A stretch of DNA of 64,000 nucleotides from an uncultured Desulfospira sp. (GTDB lineage Bacteria; Desulfobacterota; Desulfobacteria; Desulfobacterales; Desulfobacteraceae): assembly GCA_963663165.1 (NCBI GenBank), contig OY760175.1:2528001-2592000 (forward strand), in the 5' to 3' direction. The position numbers and the translations under genes are program-made. Under the pieces are notes generated by a model, which was not told the DNA's origin, ran no database searches, and saw only the letters and a program-made list of their open reading frames with translations. Below, one piece after another: positions 40,212-50,440 of this stretch; within the stretch, counting starts at the first letter, position 1, and every line of letters starts with the position of its first letter.

Positions 40212-41087
40212 GTGATTGTCCAATGTGGCCGGAAAATTAAAGACGAAGAGCTTATACAGATTTGCGAGACAGTAGAGACCTTTTCGAATTTGAGTCAGAC
40301 TGAACTGGCTCATACAATATGCGAACATTTGGGCTGGTATACCGCTTCTGGTAGGAACAAGGTGGATGCCTGCCGGAAATTGCTTCTGCGACTGGAGTCC
40401 CAAGGTCTCATACGGTTGCCTGAAAAAGAGAAACTCGGTCCCATAAAGGGCTCTCAACAGAAACTGCCGGTAGCGGACGACAGGACCCAGCCCCAAGATA
40501 AGGTAGCGGGCACGCTTTCGGATATCGGGCCGATCGTTGTCAGGGTCGCACAAGACACGGAAGAACGCTCACTGGTTAATGAATACCTGCACCGTTACCA
40601 TTATCTTGGCTACAAGCGGCCGTTCGGATGTCATCTGCGTTATTTGATACAAGCTCAAGAGCGCATATTGGGATGTATGCTGTTCTCAGGGGCGGCCAAG
40701 GCGCTGACCCCGAGGGATCGATGGATCGGCTGGAGCACCAACGAACGCTTAAGAAACTTGGGATTTGTTGTAAACAATGGACGCTTCCTGATTTTTCCGT
40801 GGGTCAAGGTCCGGTATCTGGCAAGTCACGTATTGGGTAAAATTGTCAGAGATCTGGTGCAAGACTGGGAGCGGAGCTGGGGGTATCGGCCGGCTTTGCT
40901 GGAGACCTTTGTCGACCCACAACACTTCGATGGGACGTGCTATCGGGCGGCCAATTTTAGACACCTTGGCATGACCAGCGGAAAGGGGCTTGTCCGGCAG
41001 GGTAGAAGTTACAGGACCAGTCCCAAAAAAATCTTCGTTTATCCGCTGGTGAATAATTTCCGTCAGGTTTTGAGGCAGATCGGATGA
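40212..41087 (+). CDS. DUF4338 (DruA-like) protein
   Basis: YHYLGY, RDRWIGW, NNGRFLIFPW, LASHVL and ETFVD..FDGTCYRAANF motifs. Confidence 0.85.
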   Translation: MIVQCGRKIKDEELIQICETVETFSNLSQTELAHTICEHLGWYTASGRNKVDACRKLLLRLESQGLIRLPEKEKLGPIKGSQQKLPVADDRTQPQDKVAGTLSDIGPIVVRVAQDTEERSLVNEYLHRYHYLGYKRPFGCHLRYLIQAQERILGCMLFSGAAKALTPRDRWIGWSTNERLRNLGFVVNNGRFLIFPWVKVRYLASHVLGKIVRDLVQDWERSWGYRPALLETFVDPQHFDGTCYRAANFRHLGMTSGKGLVRQGRSYRTSPKKIFVYPLVNNFRQVLRQIG

Positions 41088-42610
41088 GCAAGCCTAGCCG
41101 ACGCCCCAATCGTGAGGAGATAAAGGCCAAAAGAAAGCAGTTTAAAAAGGAGCAGAGAAAATTACGTCGGGATGAAGAGGCCAGGGGATTTCAGCCGCCC
41201 TCTCATGGCACAATTTCTAACTGCAAATGCCGATATGAAAGTGTAGAACAGGAGGGGCGCATCCGCAATGAGGCCGTGGCTGAGAAAATGAGTATTTTTC
41301 GCGCTAAGCTGCCAATTCTGCTCAAACGTATGGCCAAGATTGAAGACCCTCGAAACCCTAAGAAGATAAAACACCAAATATCCACACTCATGATCTATGG
41401 GATACTGACCTTTGTGTTTCAGATGGCTTCTTGCCGTGAGGCCAACAAAGAAATGAGCCGGCCGATGTTCTGGAAGAATCTTCAATATTTTTTCCCGGAG
41501 CTTGAAACGCTTCCCCATCATGATACGTTAAAACGCCTATTGTCTAAGATTGATATCAATCAAATCAAGAAGCTTCATCTCGATCTGGTCAGAGATCTGA
41601 TCCGGAAAAAGAAATTTCGACGGTACCTGGTCAATGGCTGTTATCCGATTGCCATAGATGGTACCGGTAAATTCAAACGCGACTGGCTTTGGGATGAAGA
41701 GTGCCTGGAACGTAACATCAAGAAAGAGGATGGCACCAGGAAACAGTATCATGTCTATGTTCTGGAAGCTAATCTTGCGTTTTCCGATGGCATGAGCATT
41801 CCGCTGATAAGCGAAATCCTGAGCTACACCGAAGGAGATACCGCTAATGATAAGCAGGACTGCGAACTCAAGGCGTTTTACCGGTTAGCCTCTTGCCTGA
41901 AGGCGGCATTTCCCGCCCTAAAAATTATGGTGCTTTTGGATGGGCTTTATGCCAAGGGCCCCGTGGCAGAAATTTGCCGAACAAACAAATGGCAGTTCAT
42001 GATTGTACTGAAAGATGACGCTCTACCCAGCGTAATGAATGAATTTGAAACGCTTGCCGCACTCGATACAGAAAACTGCCACCAACACACATGGGGCAAT
42101 AGGAAACAGGTTTTTCGGTGGATCAACGCCATTGACTACCGGTTTGGTCCGAACGGCAAGAAAAGTCAAATCCTGCACGTTGTTGAATGCAAAGAGAGCT
42201 GGAAAGAGGTTAGCCGGGAAAGCGGTCAACCGGAAAAGAAAAATAGTCGTCATGTGTGGTTGTCCAGCGAACCTTTGGACAGATTTAATCTTCACGAACG
42301 ATGCAACATAGCCGCCCGTTCCCGTTGGTGTATTGAAACCGGTATTCTCGTTGAGAAACATCATGGATATGAGTACGAGCACTGTTTTTCGTATGATTGG
42401 AACGTCATGAAGGGGTATCATGCCTTGATGCGCCTGGGCCATATGTTTAACGTTTTGGCCAGATACTCGCAGCGGCTTGCCAGGATTATTGAAGATACCG
42501 GCGCACGGGGCCTGATTCGTTTAGTCCGGGATACCATGTCCGGCCCGTGGCTGGATTACATGTGGCTGGAAGATCGTCTGTCCACTCCCTTTCAACTCCG
42601 ATTAGTATGA
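41084..42610 (+). CDS. DDE transposase (ISAs1-like/ISNCY)
   Basis: EDPR, PHHDTL, IAIDGT, KQDCE, LLDGLY and RWCIE motifs; ATGA overlap with the DUF4338 gene. Confidence 0.85.
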   Translation: MSKPSRRPNREEIKAKRKQFKKEQRKLRRDEEARGFQPPSHGTISNCKCRYESVEQEGRIRNEAVAEKMSIFRAKLPILLKRMAKIEDPRNPKKIKHQISTLMIYGILTFVFQMASCREANKEMSRPMFWKNLQYFFPELETLPHHDTLKRLLSKIDINQIKKLHLDLVRDLIRKKKFRRYLVNGCYPIAIDGTGKFKRDWLWDEECLERNIKKEDGTRKQYHVYVLEANLAFSDGMSIPLISEILSYTEGDTANDKQDCELKAFYRLASCLKAAFPALKIMVLLDGLYAKGPVAEICRTNKWQFMIVLKDDALPSVMNEFETLAALDTENCHQHTWGNRKQVFRWINAIDYRFGPNGKKSQILHVVECKESWKEVSRESGQPEKKNSRHVWLSSEPLDRFNLHERCNIAARSRWCIETGILVEKHHGYEYEHCFSYDWNVMKGYHALMRLGHMFNVLARYSQRLARIIEDTGARGLIRLVRDTMSGPWLDYMWLEDRLSTPFQLRLV

Positions 42611-42928
42611 CGGCAACGACGGACGGGTAATCGAAAACACTCTCCCAAGCAGAGAGGTGGGAACGCTATGTTCGGACCGAAGGACCGTCTTTCGTTTCGG
42701 CCATAGTCAGTGTCTGAAGGACTGCCTTTTTGAATTAAAAAAGGCTGGATCTCCCCCCAAAGGGAGTGGTTAGATCGACTAAAGCCAACCTTTTTTTATT
42801 CATGCGTCAGCACTGTATGTGAATGATTATCATTGACATTCATTATTGTGCTTGACATAGTAGGAAAAGTACATTTCACACATTGATTTTTAACAAAACA
42901 TTCCGGACGCAACTTAAAAAAAGAACAG

Positions 42929-43342
42929 ATGGGCGAAGAGTCAAAATTATTTTCCGCATCAGGCCTTACGGCCCGACTGTTTGAAGTCGTCGATCAGATG
43001 ACGGATTTTGAAAAAAAAGAGCTGCTCAAATTTCTGGATGGAAACCGGAGGGCCGGCCATCGCCTGCCCTATATGATGCCGGTGGCCTGTGAGACCGGTG
43101 AAATCCGGTTCAATGATTTTATACTGGATATCAGCGAAAGCGGGGCGTTTCTGGAGACTGCCCAGCCACTTGCCGTAAACCAGGCGCTTACCATCCATTT
43201 TCAGTTACCCCATGAGCCAGACCCCAGACCGGTTGAGTGCCGGGTGGCCTGGGTCGGCAAAAATGGCGCAGGGATCTTTTTTTCATTTGAAAGCCGGGAA
43301 CAGCAGGTTCTGGTGGCAGATTTGGTCGGTCAGTTGGGATGA
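42929..43342 (+). CDS. PilZ domain protein
   Basis: RRAGHR and DISESG c-di-GMP motifs. Confidence 0.85.
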   Translation: MGEESKLFSASGLTARLFEVVDQMTDFEKKELLKFLDGNRRAGHRLPYMMPVACETGEIRFNDFILDISESGAFLETAQPLAVNQALTIHFQLPHEPDPRPVECRVAWVGKNGAGIFFSFESREQQVLVADLVGQLG

Positions 43343-43354
43343 TAAAACCTTTGG

Positions 43355-44719
43355 ATGTTCAAAAACGTTATGAAAGAGATCTTGCTTGCCAACAGGAACC
43401 CGTCCGAGGCTGAGGACTTAATCCACGTGCTCGGGCGGCATGTTAACATCACACTGATATCGTCTGCGTCAGAGCTTTCCCCGGGGGAAGCGTCTTATGA
43501 TCTGGTCCTCATTGATCATAATTTTACGGCCCATTCAGGCATTGATTTTTTAATGGACCTGTTGAGCTGGAAACCCCTGCCTGTTTTGATGCTGACCCCG
43601 CCCTCAGAGCCCCAGTGCGCCATTGAAGGCTTGAGGGCAGGGGCCTTTAACTATATAGTCAAAACAAAGGGGTATCTTAATTTCCTGCACATTGCCATTG
43701 ACGATGCCATCAGCAAGTTCCATGAAAAAAAACAGCTCAAAAAGACCATTGCAGAGCTTCAACGAAAGGTCCGGGAACTTGAAGGACAAATGGGGACCGC
43801 CAAACCCCCGCTGGCCGGCAAAGCAAGGGCCCCCCTGTCTGCCGCCCCCTCAAAACAGGCCCCCCGCAAACAAGGCAAACCCCCAAGCCTGATTGAACAG
43901 ATCATTTCGCGGTTCAAAAAAGGGGATGTCAACCTGCCCGCACTGCCCCAGATCGGCACCCAGTTTGATGCCATGCTTAAAAAAGGGGCCGATATCAAGG
44001 ACATCGCCATGCTGCTCAAGCAGGACGTTGCCATTACCTCCAAACTGATCAACGTGGCCAATTCCGCCCTTTACAGGGGGATTGAGCAGGTCACCCGGAT
44101 TGAAACCGCCATCGGCAAAATCGGGCTGGGCAAAACCCGGCAGTATGTGGAGATTATCGCCAACAGGAGTTTGTATACGTCCAGCAACAAGCGGTTTGTC
44201 GCCCTGGTCCAGAAATTGTGGGAACATTCCCTGGCCACGGCCTGGGCCGCAGAATATTTCAGCGGCCTGCTCAGCCTGAATACCGAGACCGATGTGTTTT
44301 CCCTGGGGCTTACCCACGACATCGGCAAGCTGATTTTAATCCAGGTCATTGGAGAACTGGATGGAAAGGGAAAGTACGGCTCATCCATGGACCATGATAA
44401 GGTGTTGTCCACCCTCAATCTCTACCACGGCCGGTTCGGGGCTGTGCTGCTCAACCGGTGGGGGTTCCCCCAGGCCTTTAAAGATACCGCCATGTTCCAT
44501 GACGATTTTAATCAGATGAAAGACCCCTCTTCGGAGTTCCTGTGCGTTCATCTGGCCAACCTCCTGGCCAACAAGATCGGATACGGCATTGGACCGGTGC
44601 CGGAGATGGAGCTTGCAGAAGCCGATTCCTGCCTTTTTCTAGGCCTTCGGCCCGACGAGATTGACGGGGCCTGCAATCAGACCGCCACCTACATGGATAC
44701 CATTAAAAAAGCCCTGTAA
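43355..44719 (+). CDS. Response regulator with HDOD domain
   Basis: REC domain; LPALP, ANSALY, LWEHS and HDIGKL motifs. Confidence 0.88.
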   Translation: MFKNVMKEILLANRNPSEAEDLIHVLGRHVNITLISSASELSPGEASYDLVLIDHNFTAHSGIDFLMDLLSWKPLPVLMLTPPSEPQCAIEGLRAGAFNYIVKTKGYLNFLHIAIDDAISKFHEKKQLKKTIAELQRKVRELEGQMGTAKPPLAGKARAPLSAAPSKQAPRKQGKPPSLIEQIISRFKKGDVNLPALPQIGTQFDAMLKKGADIKDIAMLLKQDVAITSKLINVANSALYRGIEQVTRIETAIGKIGLGKTRQYVEIIANRSLYTSSNKRFVALVQKLWEHSLATAWAAEYFSGLLSLNTETDVFSLGLTHDIGKLILIQVIGELDGKGKYGSSMDHDKVLSTLNLYHGRFGAVLLNRWGFPQAFKDTAMFHDDFNQMKDPSSEFLCVHLANLLANKIGYGIGPVPEMELAEADSCLFLGLRPDEIDGACNQTATYMDTIKKAL

Positions 44720-44763
44720 ACGCGCTGAACGCTTTTTAAGATTCAAAGTGGGTGCATTCCCAT

Positions 44764-46164
44764 TTAGTGGCCTAAGCAAAGTGACCGAATTTGTATGAAG
44801 ATATTGTCAGTCAAGATGTTCCACCTCCCGGAAAGGAGCTGACTCCTTAAGAACAACATTGATTCGGATGTTTCCGGTTTCCAGAATATACCCGGTGATT
44901 TCATTCTGAGATTTATAACCCGACGTATTGCACTTTCAACACAGCCGCTGCCAGTAGGTATTTTCAGGCTGCGGAACTGGCGATACTGCATTCTGTTTCG
45001 ATTTTTCACGAAGTAACTTTTAAATTTGGATAATGCTTCTATGCGCCTTTTAGGGTACGTAATGTGTTTTACAATTTCTTTTCTAAGGTCTTTGAATCTG
45101 CCATCCCAAAGGAGGTTCTTCCAAGATTCTGCTATCCGGTTTCTTTCTTTTATAGGGATTCTCTTTGGCAATTTGTCCACGATTTCATGTAAATTCTGTT
45201 TTGCATGGGTGTAGTCGATTACCTCATAATAGGATTCGATTTCAAGCCGTTTGGCCAGCGGGCCTGTTCGCTTCCAATAGCTACGTGCACCGTCACAGCA
45301 GAAAACAACACGCTTGGCTTTGGGAATATCTAATTCACGCAAGTAGATCTCAAGAATATCAAAAGCGGCATCAATACCGCCCATTGTGGCATCATAAACC
45401 GGCAAGTGTTTTTTGGATATTGTGCCGTCCGGATCGACAATATGTATGACAAACTGAATGGGTTCTTTCCATTCAGTATGATATCCCTGCCGCTTTTGGC
45501 CTTTTGATTTACGTCCCCGTTTTGGCCTCCGTTCTCGAAGGCGACCGCCGTCGATACAAACCAGAACCGTTTTGCCACCAACGCGATCAGTATCTCCAAA
45601 AGATACCCGGCCACGCAGGGGCATAGCTTCCTGTGCAAGATTCATTGTTATGCGGCGTATAGTTTTGACATTTAAGTTGATTGCATGGTTTTCCAGGGAT
45701 CTTCGGGCAATTTCAAAAGAGGGGCAGAGCAATGCTGCATGGACCACCGACGAAGCGAACAGCGTTGAACACCTGCCGATAAAACCAAGGTAATCAAGCC
45801 CAAAATGGCGGCCTGTCCCCTTTTGTCGTTTTTTTGTTTTAGGGCCTGGCCGTTGTTTGGAAACAACTTTTGAAAAGTAAGGGGATCGGATGCTCAGGGT
45901 AGTTCCTGTCAATAATCGAATGCTGCTGGGGCGGTATCCGTTGAAACGCAGTCCCTTTTTACCGGCACCAATTTTCAGTTCAGATAAAAGATCCGGGTCA
46001 GACAGTGCCTTTTCAATGACGGGAACCAGAAATGCTTCCACAATAATGAAGAGGCCGTTCCGTACCTGCTCACACAGGATATTAGCATTTTGATGGTTTT
46101 GGAAATCAGCTACGGCTTTTGTTAGAAGGGTTCGAATATCCCTTATAGTGGAAGCAAGTTTCAT
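44764..46164 (-). CDS. Mutator-like DDE transposase (ISKra4/ISLre2/UPF0236 type)
   Basis: IDGG, CDGA, DYTHA and GSGCVESA motifs; stop codon lies in the TIR. Confidence 0.85.
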   Translation of the reverse strand: MKLASTIRDIRTLLTKAVADFQNHQNANILCEQVRNGLFIIVEAFLVPVIEKALSDPDLLSELKIGAGKKGLRFNGYRPSSIRLLTGTTLSIRSPYFSKVVSKQRPGPKTKKRQKGTGRHFGLDYLGFIGRCSTLFASSVVHAALLCPSFEIARRSLENHAINLNVKTIRRITMNLAQEAMPLRGRVSFGDTDRVGGKTVLVCIDGGRLRERRPKRGRKSKGQKRQGYHTEWKEPIQFVIHIVDPDGTISKKHLPVYDATMGGIDAAFDILEIYLRELDIPKAKRVVFCCDGARSYWKRTGPLAKRLEIESYYEVIDYTHAKQNLHEIVDKLPKRIPIKERNRIAESWKNLLWDGRFKDLRKEIVKHITYPKRRIEALSKFKSYFVKNRNRMQYRQFRSLKIPTGSGCVESAIRRVINLRMKSPGIFWKPETSESMLFLRSQLLSGRWNILTDNIFIQIRSLCLGH

Positions 46165-46221
46165 GATCAGTCCTCGAATTGCAGGTTGAAAAATTACCTG
46201 TCATTTCGATGACTGAAACCC

Positions 46222-47094
46222 TCAAGTTTGTGTGCATAGCTGCTTTTTATAATTGGAAGTCAACGGGTATACATAGATGTCTTTTATCGGCACCTGAAGT
46301 CTGTGGTGCCTGTCTTGACGGCTTCGCCCTTTGCTTTGACCAATTTTTTGCCAATTTGCCGCCTGGTAGCAAGTTCCGGCAAAGCGTGATCGATCCACGA
46401 AAGTTTCTACCAGACAGATATCGTGACCATATTTAGCTGTCCAGTCCCGGCTCAGCCGCCTAAGACATGAACCCAGAATATGACTGGCAAGATGGGGAAT
46501 TCGAATCCATGGCAAAATCAAAAATCGGGTATTGTTGGTCGTCATATGCAGGTTCCTGCGACGAGCCGACCTATCCCAACCGATGAATCGGTCACGAGGG
46601 GCCGTTTTCCATGCTGCTGAGCCAAAAAGCAGGCAGGCAACCGGACGAGAATTGCGATCAAAAGCCATATACTTCATATGTTCTCCGACATACCCTTTAC
46701 ACCCAAGGTAATGATATCGATCCATAAGGCAATGGAATAAATCATCAATATCTCCACGGCCCGATACCGGTATCAATTGTATCGGGCGGATCTTACGCAA
46801 AGTGGTTTCTATCGGCTTACAATCATGGGGGACATCGGGAATACGCCGCTGACGGTTACCGCTATGACGGGCAACGGGAAGTGTGACCATCCCTTTTTGC
46901 TCAAGTTTTCTCAGCATGCTTCGACAGGCCATGTCCTTGAGCAGACCTTTTTCCGTGCGCCAATCCCAGCGAGCACACAATTCTTTGGATAAACGAGTGC
47001 GGTGCCAGGCGGGATTGTCGTTAATCAAATGGCGTATCGTTTGTATATCAACTTCTGAAAATTCACGTCCTTGAATGGTTAAAGTCCTGCTCAT
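46222..47094 (-). CDS. DUF4338 (DruA-like) protein
   Basis: YHYLG, RDRFIGW, NNTRFLILPW and ETFVD..FAGTCYQAANW motifs. Confidence 0.85.
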   Translation of the reverse strand: MSRTLTIQGREFSEVDIQTIRHLINDNPAWHRTRLSKELCARWDWRTEKGLLKDMACRSMLRKLEQKGMVTLPVARHSGNRQRRIPDVPHDCKPIETTLRKIRPIQLIPVSGRGDIDDLFHCLMDRYHYLGCKGYVGEHMKYMAFDRNSRPVACLLFGSAAWKTAPRDRFIGWDRSARRRNLHMTTNNTRFLILPWIRIPHLASHILGSCLRRLSRDWTAKYGHDICLVETFVDRSRFAGTCYQAANWQKIGQSKGRSRQDRHHRLQVPIKDIYVYPLTSNYKKQLCTQT

Positions 47095-47288
47095 GCAAAT
47101 CTATATAACCTTTCATGAGCCAGGAGTCCAGCTTTTTTTGGGAGGGCAGAGTATTCAATGCAGCATGAAAAACGGAAAAATTGGATACATGTCAGTTCAT
47201 GCCACTAAATGGGATTGCACCCATTCAAAGTTGCCGGAATTTTCCCCGGGCAATTGTGAAAACGGCCGTGATCTGTTAATAGGTCTGC

Positions 47289-48986
47289 ATGATGCTTAAA
47301 TTCAAAGATATGATTGATCTGGATTACCTGCTTGAGCAGGATGAGCATGCCCTGGCCGGGACCGGCTTTTCTGAAAAACCATCGGCAGACACGGGTCAAC
47401 CCTCACATGGGCAGGGGCCGGGCATTGCCCAGCGGGACCGGGATATATTCAACCAGTTGAACGGTAAGGCCCTGGATGAACGGCAGGTGCTTGAAGAATG
47501 GCTGGGGCATCGCCGGCGGGTTTATTTTGAGGAATCCGGAAAATCCATGCTGCCGGGCCGGATGTTCAGTCTGGCCTGCAAGTGGGCCGCACGACTGCTG
47601 TTTTTTTTAGGGGGATTTTTCGGGTTTGGCATGGCCTATTCTTTTCTGGCCTATCACGGGACCCGGCCGGTCAATGTGACCCTGTTCTTTGCGATTTTTA
47701 TCCTGGTGCCCTTTGTTCTGTTTTTGTTTTCACTGACCGCCATGCTGCCGGGACGAAAAAAATCCATGATTTATTCTCTGGCCGCCTTTCTGGTTTTTAA
47801 AGGGATCCCCCGGGGGGTGGGGAAAATTGGAAAAATAACCGGCCATGCCCACTGGACAGCAGGCGCCCAAAGCTGTACTGACGCGGTATCCTCCCTGGTT
47901 TCCCGGAAAAAAACTGAGTACGGCCCCCTGATGTTCTGGACCTTTTTTATCCTTGCCGGCCTGCTCGGCCTGGGGTTTTCAACCGGGGTGCTTTGCGCCA
48001 CCTTTTTTAAAGTGGCGGTCAGTGATGTGGCCTTTGGGTGGCAGTCCAGCCTTACCGGGACCACCGGCGGGACCACCGAACAGGTAGCGGCCATTGTCCG
48101 GGCCATTGGGCTGCCCTGGTCCTGGTTCCTTCCCGGGGCAGTGCCCGGTCCCGACCAGATCATGGGTTCACGGATTGTCCTCAAACAGGGATTGGCCGCC
48201 CTTTCCACAGAACACCTGGTCTCCTGGTGGCCTTTTCTTATCATGGGGATCCTGGTGTATGCCCTTTTTCCCCGCGCCGTTCTGGTGGCTGCCGGGATGG
48301 CGGCCCGTTCCCGGGCGGAACGCCGGTTTGATATTAACCGGCCCCGGTTTCGAAAGCTTCTGATCCGGATGCAGACCCCGGTCATGGACATAGAGTATGA
48401 GGAATCCCCGGCAAAGGCCCCGGATATGCCGGCGACCCGGGAAACAACAGCCCGGCCCGGTCCGGAACGGGTTCTGGTCCCGGACCCGGTGGCAGCGGCT
48501 GAACCGGAACCGGCCCTAAGGCCAGCTGTTAAAGACCGCCCTGTTGGGGGCCCGGCACTTCTGCCGGCCGTGGTGCTGGCCCCGTCAATGATATATGATG
48601 ACAAGGCCCTTGATCGGATGATTCCCTGGGTCAACCGTCAGCTGGCCTTAAATACCCTGGGCCGGATTGACGTGTCCTTTGATTTTGAAAGTGACCGGAA
48701 CGTTCTGGAATCGGCCGCCGATTCCCTGCCCGGCCAAGTGGTTCTTTTCCAGGAGGTCTGGCAGCCGCCCATCAGGGCCATGCTTCATTATATTACTCAG
48801 TTAAAGACCCAGGTCCTGGCACAACAGAATTTGTGGATCCTGCTCACCCGGACCCCGGGGGAGAAAAGCCTGGCCGTGGATCCGGATGATCCGGATTTAA
48901 AGGTCTGGCAAACGGCGGTCCGGAACCTGGGGCTGGCCGATGTCGGGGTGGAAGGACTGGCCGAAAGGATGAGGGAGGAAGGATGA
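47289..48986 (+). CDS. DUF2868-like membrane protein
   Basis: Several TM segments; FGWQSSL, WWPFL and WQPP motifs; precedes the GTPase. Confidence 0.7.
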   Translation: MMLKFKDMIDLDYLLEQDEHALAGTGFSEKPSADTGQPSHGQGPGIAQRDRDIFNQLNGKALDERQVLEEWLGHRRRVYFEESGKSMLPGRMFSLACKWAARLLFFLGGFFGFGMAYSFLAYHGTRPVNVTLFFAIFILVPFVLFLFSLTAMLPGRKKSMIYSLAAFLVFKGIPRGVGKIGKITGHAHWTAGAQSCTDAVSSLVSRKKTEYGPLMFWTFFILAGLLGLGFSTGVLCATFFKVAVSDVAFGWQSSLTGTTGGTTEQVAAIVRAIGLPWSWFLPGAVPGPDQIMGSRIVLKQGLAALSTEHLVSWWPFLIMGILVYALFPRAVLVAAGMAARSRAERRFDINRPRFRKLLIRMQTPVMDIEYEESPAKAPDMPATRETTARPGPERVLVPDPVAAAEPEPALRPAVKDRPVGGPALLPAVVLAPSMIYDDKALDRMIPWVNRQLALNTLGRIDVSFDFESDRNVLESAADSLPGQVVLFQEVWQPPIRAMLHYITQLKTQVLAQQNLWILLTRTPGEKSLAVDPDDPDLKVWQTAVRNLGLADVGVEGLAERMREEG

Positions 48987-48989
48987 AGG

Positions 48990-50411
48990 ATGAAGGATGA
49001 AATTGGCACTGTAGAAGGGGAGAAACGGATTCCGGAGTTTGCCGTTTTAGGCCATCCCAACGAGGGAAAGTCTTCTGTGGTGTCTACCCTGACCGAAGAC
49101 GACCAGATCCGGGTCAGCCGGGTTCCCGGGGAAACAAAGGTGTCCCGGACCTATACGGTAAAAATTGACGGCCATAAGATTATCCGGTTTGTGGACACCC
49201 CGGGATTCCAGGTGCCCCGGCAGACCCTTGAATGGTTTAAACAGTACCAGGGGGACCCGTCAGATATCATCAGCGGGTTTATCCGCAAGTTTAAGTCAGA
49301 CCCGTTTTATGCCGACGAGGTGGAGTTGTTAACCCCGGTGGCCAAGGGCGCAGGCATTATTTACGTGGTCAACGGGGCCCGGCCTGTCCGGCCCGACGAT
49401 GTGGCGGAAATGGAAATTTTAAGGCTGACGGGGCGCCCCCGCATGGCCGTGATCAACTCCAAATCCGTGGAAACCGACTATACCGAACAATGGCGCCAGG
49501 AGTTTCGGAAACATTTTAACGCCATCCGGGTCTTTAATTCCAATACCGCCAATTTTAACGAGCGCATCAGCATGCTCGAAAGCCTTAAGGCCATTGACCA
49601 GGACTGGGAAATGGACCTGTCCCGTGTGATCACCGTATTCCAAAATGAGATGCAGCGCCGGATCCGGCTCGCTGCCGCCAGCATTACCCAGTCCATCGAA
49701 AAAAGCCTGGGCCTGGTTCTGGTTGAACCCCTTTCATCAGCCCCGGACCAGGACAGGGTCCGGGAAAAGCTGGGGAAGAAATATGAGGAACGGATCAAGG
49801 AATTTGAAAAAGATCTGTTTTGCAGCATCCGGACCATGTTTCGCCATACGGTATACGATGTGGCCCTGCCCGGATATTCTATCCTCCAGCATGACCTGTT
49901 CTCCCGGCAGACCTGGGAGATGCTGGGGCTGACCAGGACACAGCTGGCCGCAGCTGGTGCCGTGCTTGGCGGGAGCATGGGGGTGGTGGCGGATGTGGCG
50001 GCTCAAGGGTTGACCTTTGGCATCTTCACGGCCATTGGCGGGGTGCTCGGGGCGGGGTCTGCCCTGATGGGGGCTGAAAAAATGGCCGGCAAGTCCGGTT
50101 TCGGGTTTCACTTGGGCGGGGACAGCCTTCAGGTGGGACCCAATAAAAATTTACAGTTTCTTTATATTCTGCTGGACCGGGTCCTGATCTATTATGCCCA
50201 CATGGTCAACCGGGCCCATGGGAAAAGGGACAATCCCAACGAACAGGGAGACGGAAAGCTCGGGTACACCTCCGGGTTTACACAGGAGCAAAAACAGGTC
50301 TGCGCCCGGTTTTTCAAGGCCGCATCCAAAAAAGGCCCGGTCAGGGACAAGAAATCAGGGTCGGAGTTTGCGGCCATGGTTGAAGCGGTTCTTGAAAAAA
50401 TTTCAATTTAA
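48990..50411 (+). CDS. GTPase with DUF3482 domain
   Basis: GHPNEGKSS and DTPG motifs; Gly-rich hydrophobic hairpin. Confidence 0.82.
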   Translation: MKDEIGTVEGEKRIPEFAVLGHPNEGKSSVVSTLTEDDQIRVSRVPGETKVSRTYTVKIDGHKIIRFVDTPGFQVPRQTLEWFKQYQGDPSDIISGFIRKFKSDPFYADEVELLTPVAKGAGIIYVVNGARPVRPDDVAEMEILRLTGRPRMAVINSKSVETDYTEQWRQEFRKHFNAIRVFNSNTANFNERISMLESLKAIDQDWEMDLSRVITVFQNEMQRRIRLAAASITQSIEKSLGLVLVEPLSSAPDQDRVREKLGKKYEERIKEFEKDLFCSIRTMFRHTVYDVALPGYSILQHDLFSRQTWEMLGLTRTQLAAAGAVLGGSMGVVADVAAQGLTFGIFTAIGGVLGAGSALMGAEKMAGKSGFGFHLGGDSLQVGPNKNLQFLYILLDRVLIYYAHMVNRAHGKRDNPNEQGDGKLGYTSGFTQEQKQVCARFFKAASKKGPVRDKKSGSEFAAMVEAVLEKISI

Positions 50412-50440
50412 CGGCAATCAATAAACCGGCCCCCAATTAA

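Larger units (their letters stand above)
40039..42815 (+). mobile_element. IS element A (2777 bp): DUF4338 gene plus DDE transposase
   Basis: Perfect 17-bp TIR CAGTGCTGACGCATGAA; 9-bp TSD TATGTGAAT at 40030-40038 and 42816-42824. Confidence 0.93.
44750..47222 (-). mobile_element. IS element B (2473 bp): DUF4338 gene plus ISKra4/ISLre2-like transposase
   Basis: 22-bp TIR GGGTGCA(T/A)TCCCATTTAGTGGC; 9-bp TSD ATTCAAAGT at 44741-44749 and 47223-47231. Confidence 0.93.

Noticed and set aside
40212..47094. Druantia defence system
   Set aside because: No DruE helicase or other Dru genes; the DUF4338 genes lie inside IS ends
40039..47222. Composite transposon carrying the PilZ and HDOD genes
   Set aside because: The two IS have different TIRs and each has its own TSD, so they are independent insertions
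47771..48634. 287-aa minus-strand ORF (likewise 35765-36376, 23473-24177, 1132-1680)
   Set aside because: Antisense shadows of well-supported GC-rich genes, with no motifs
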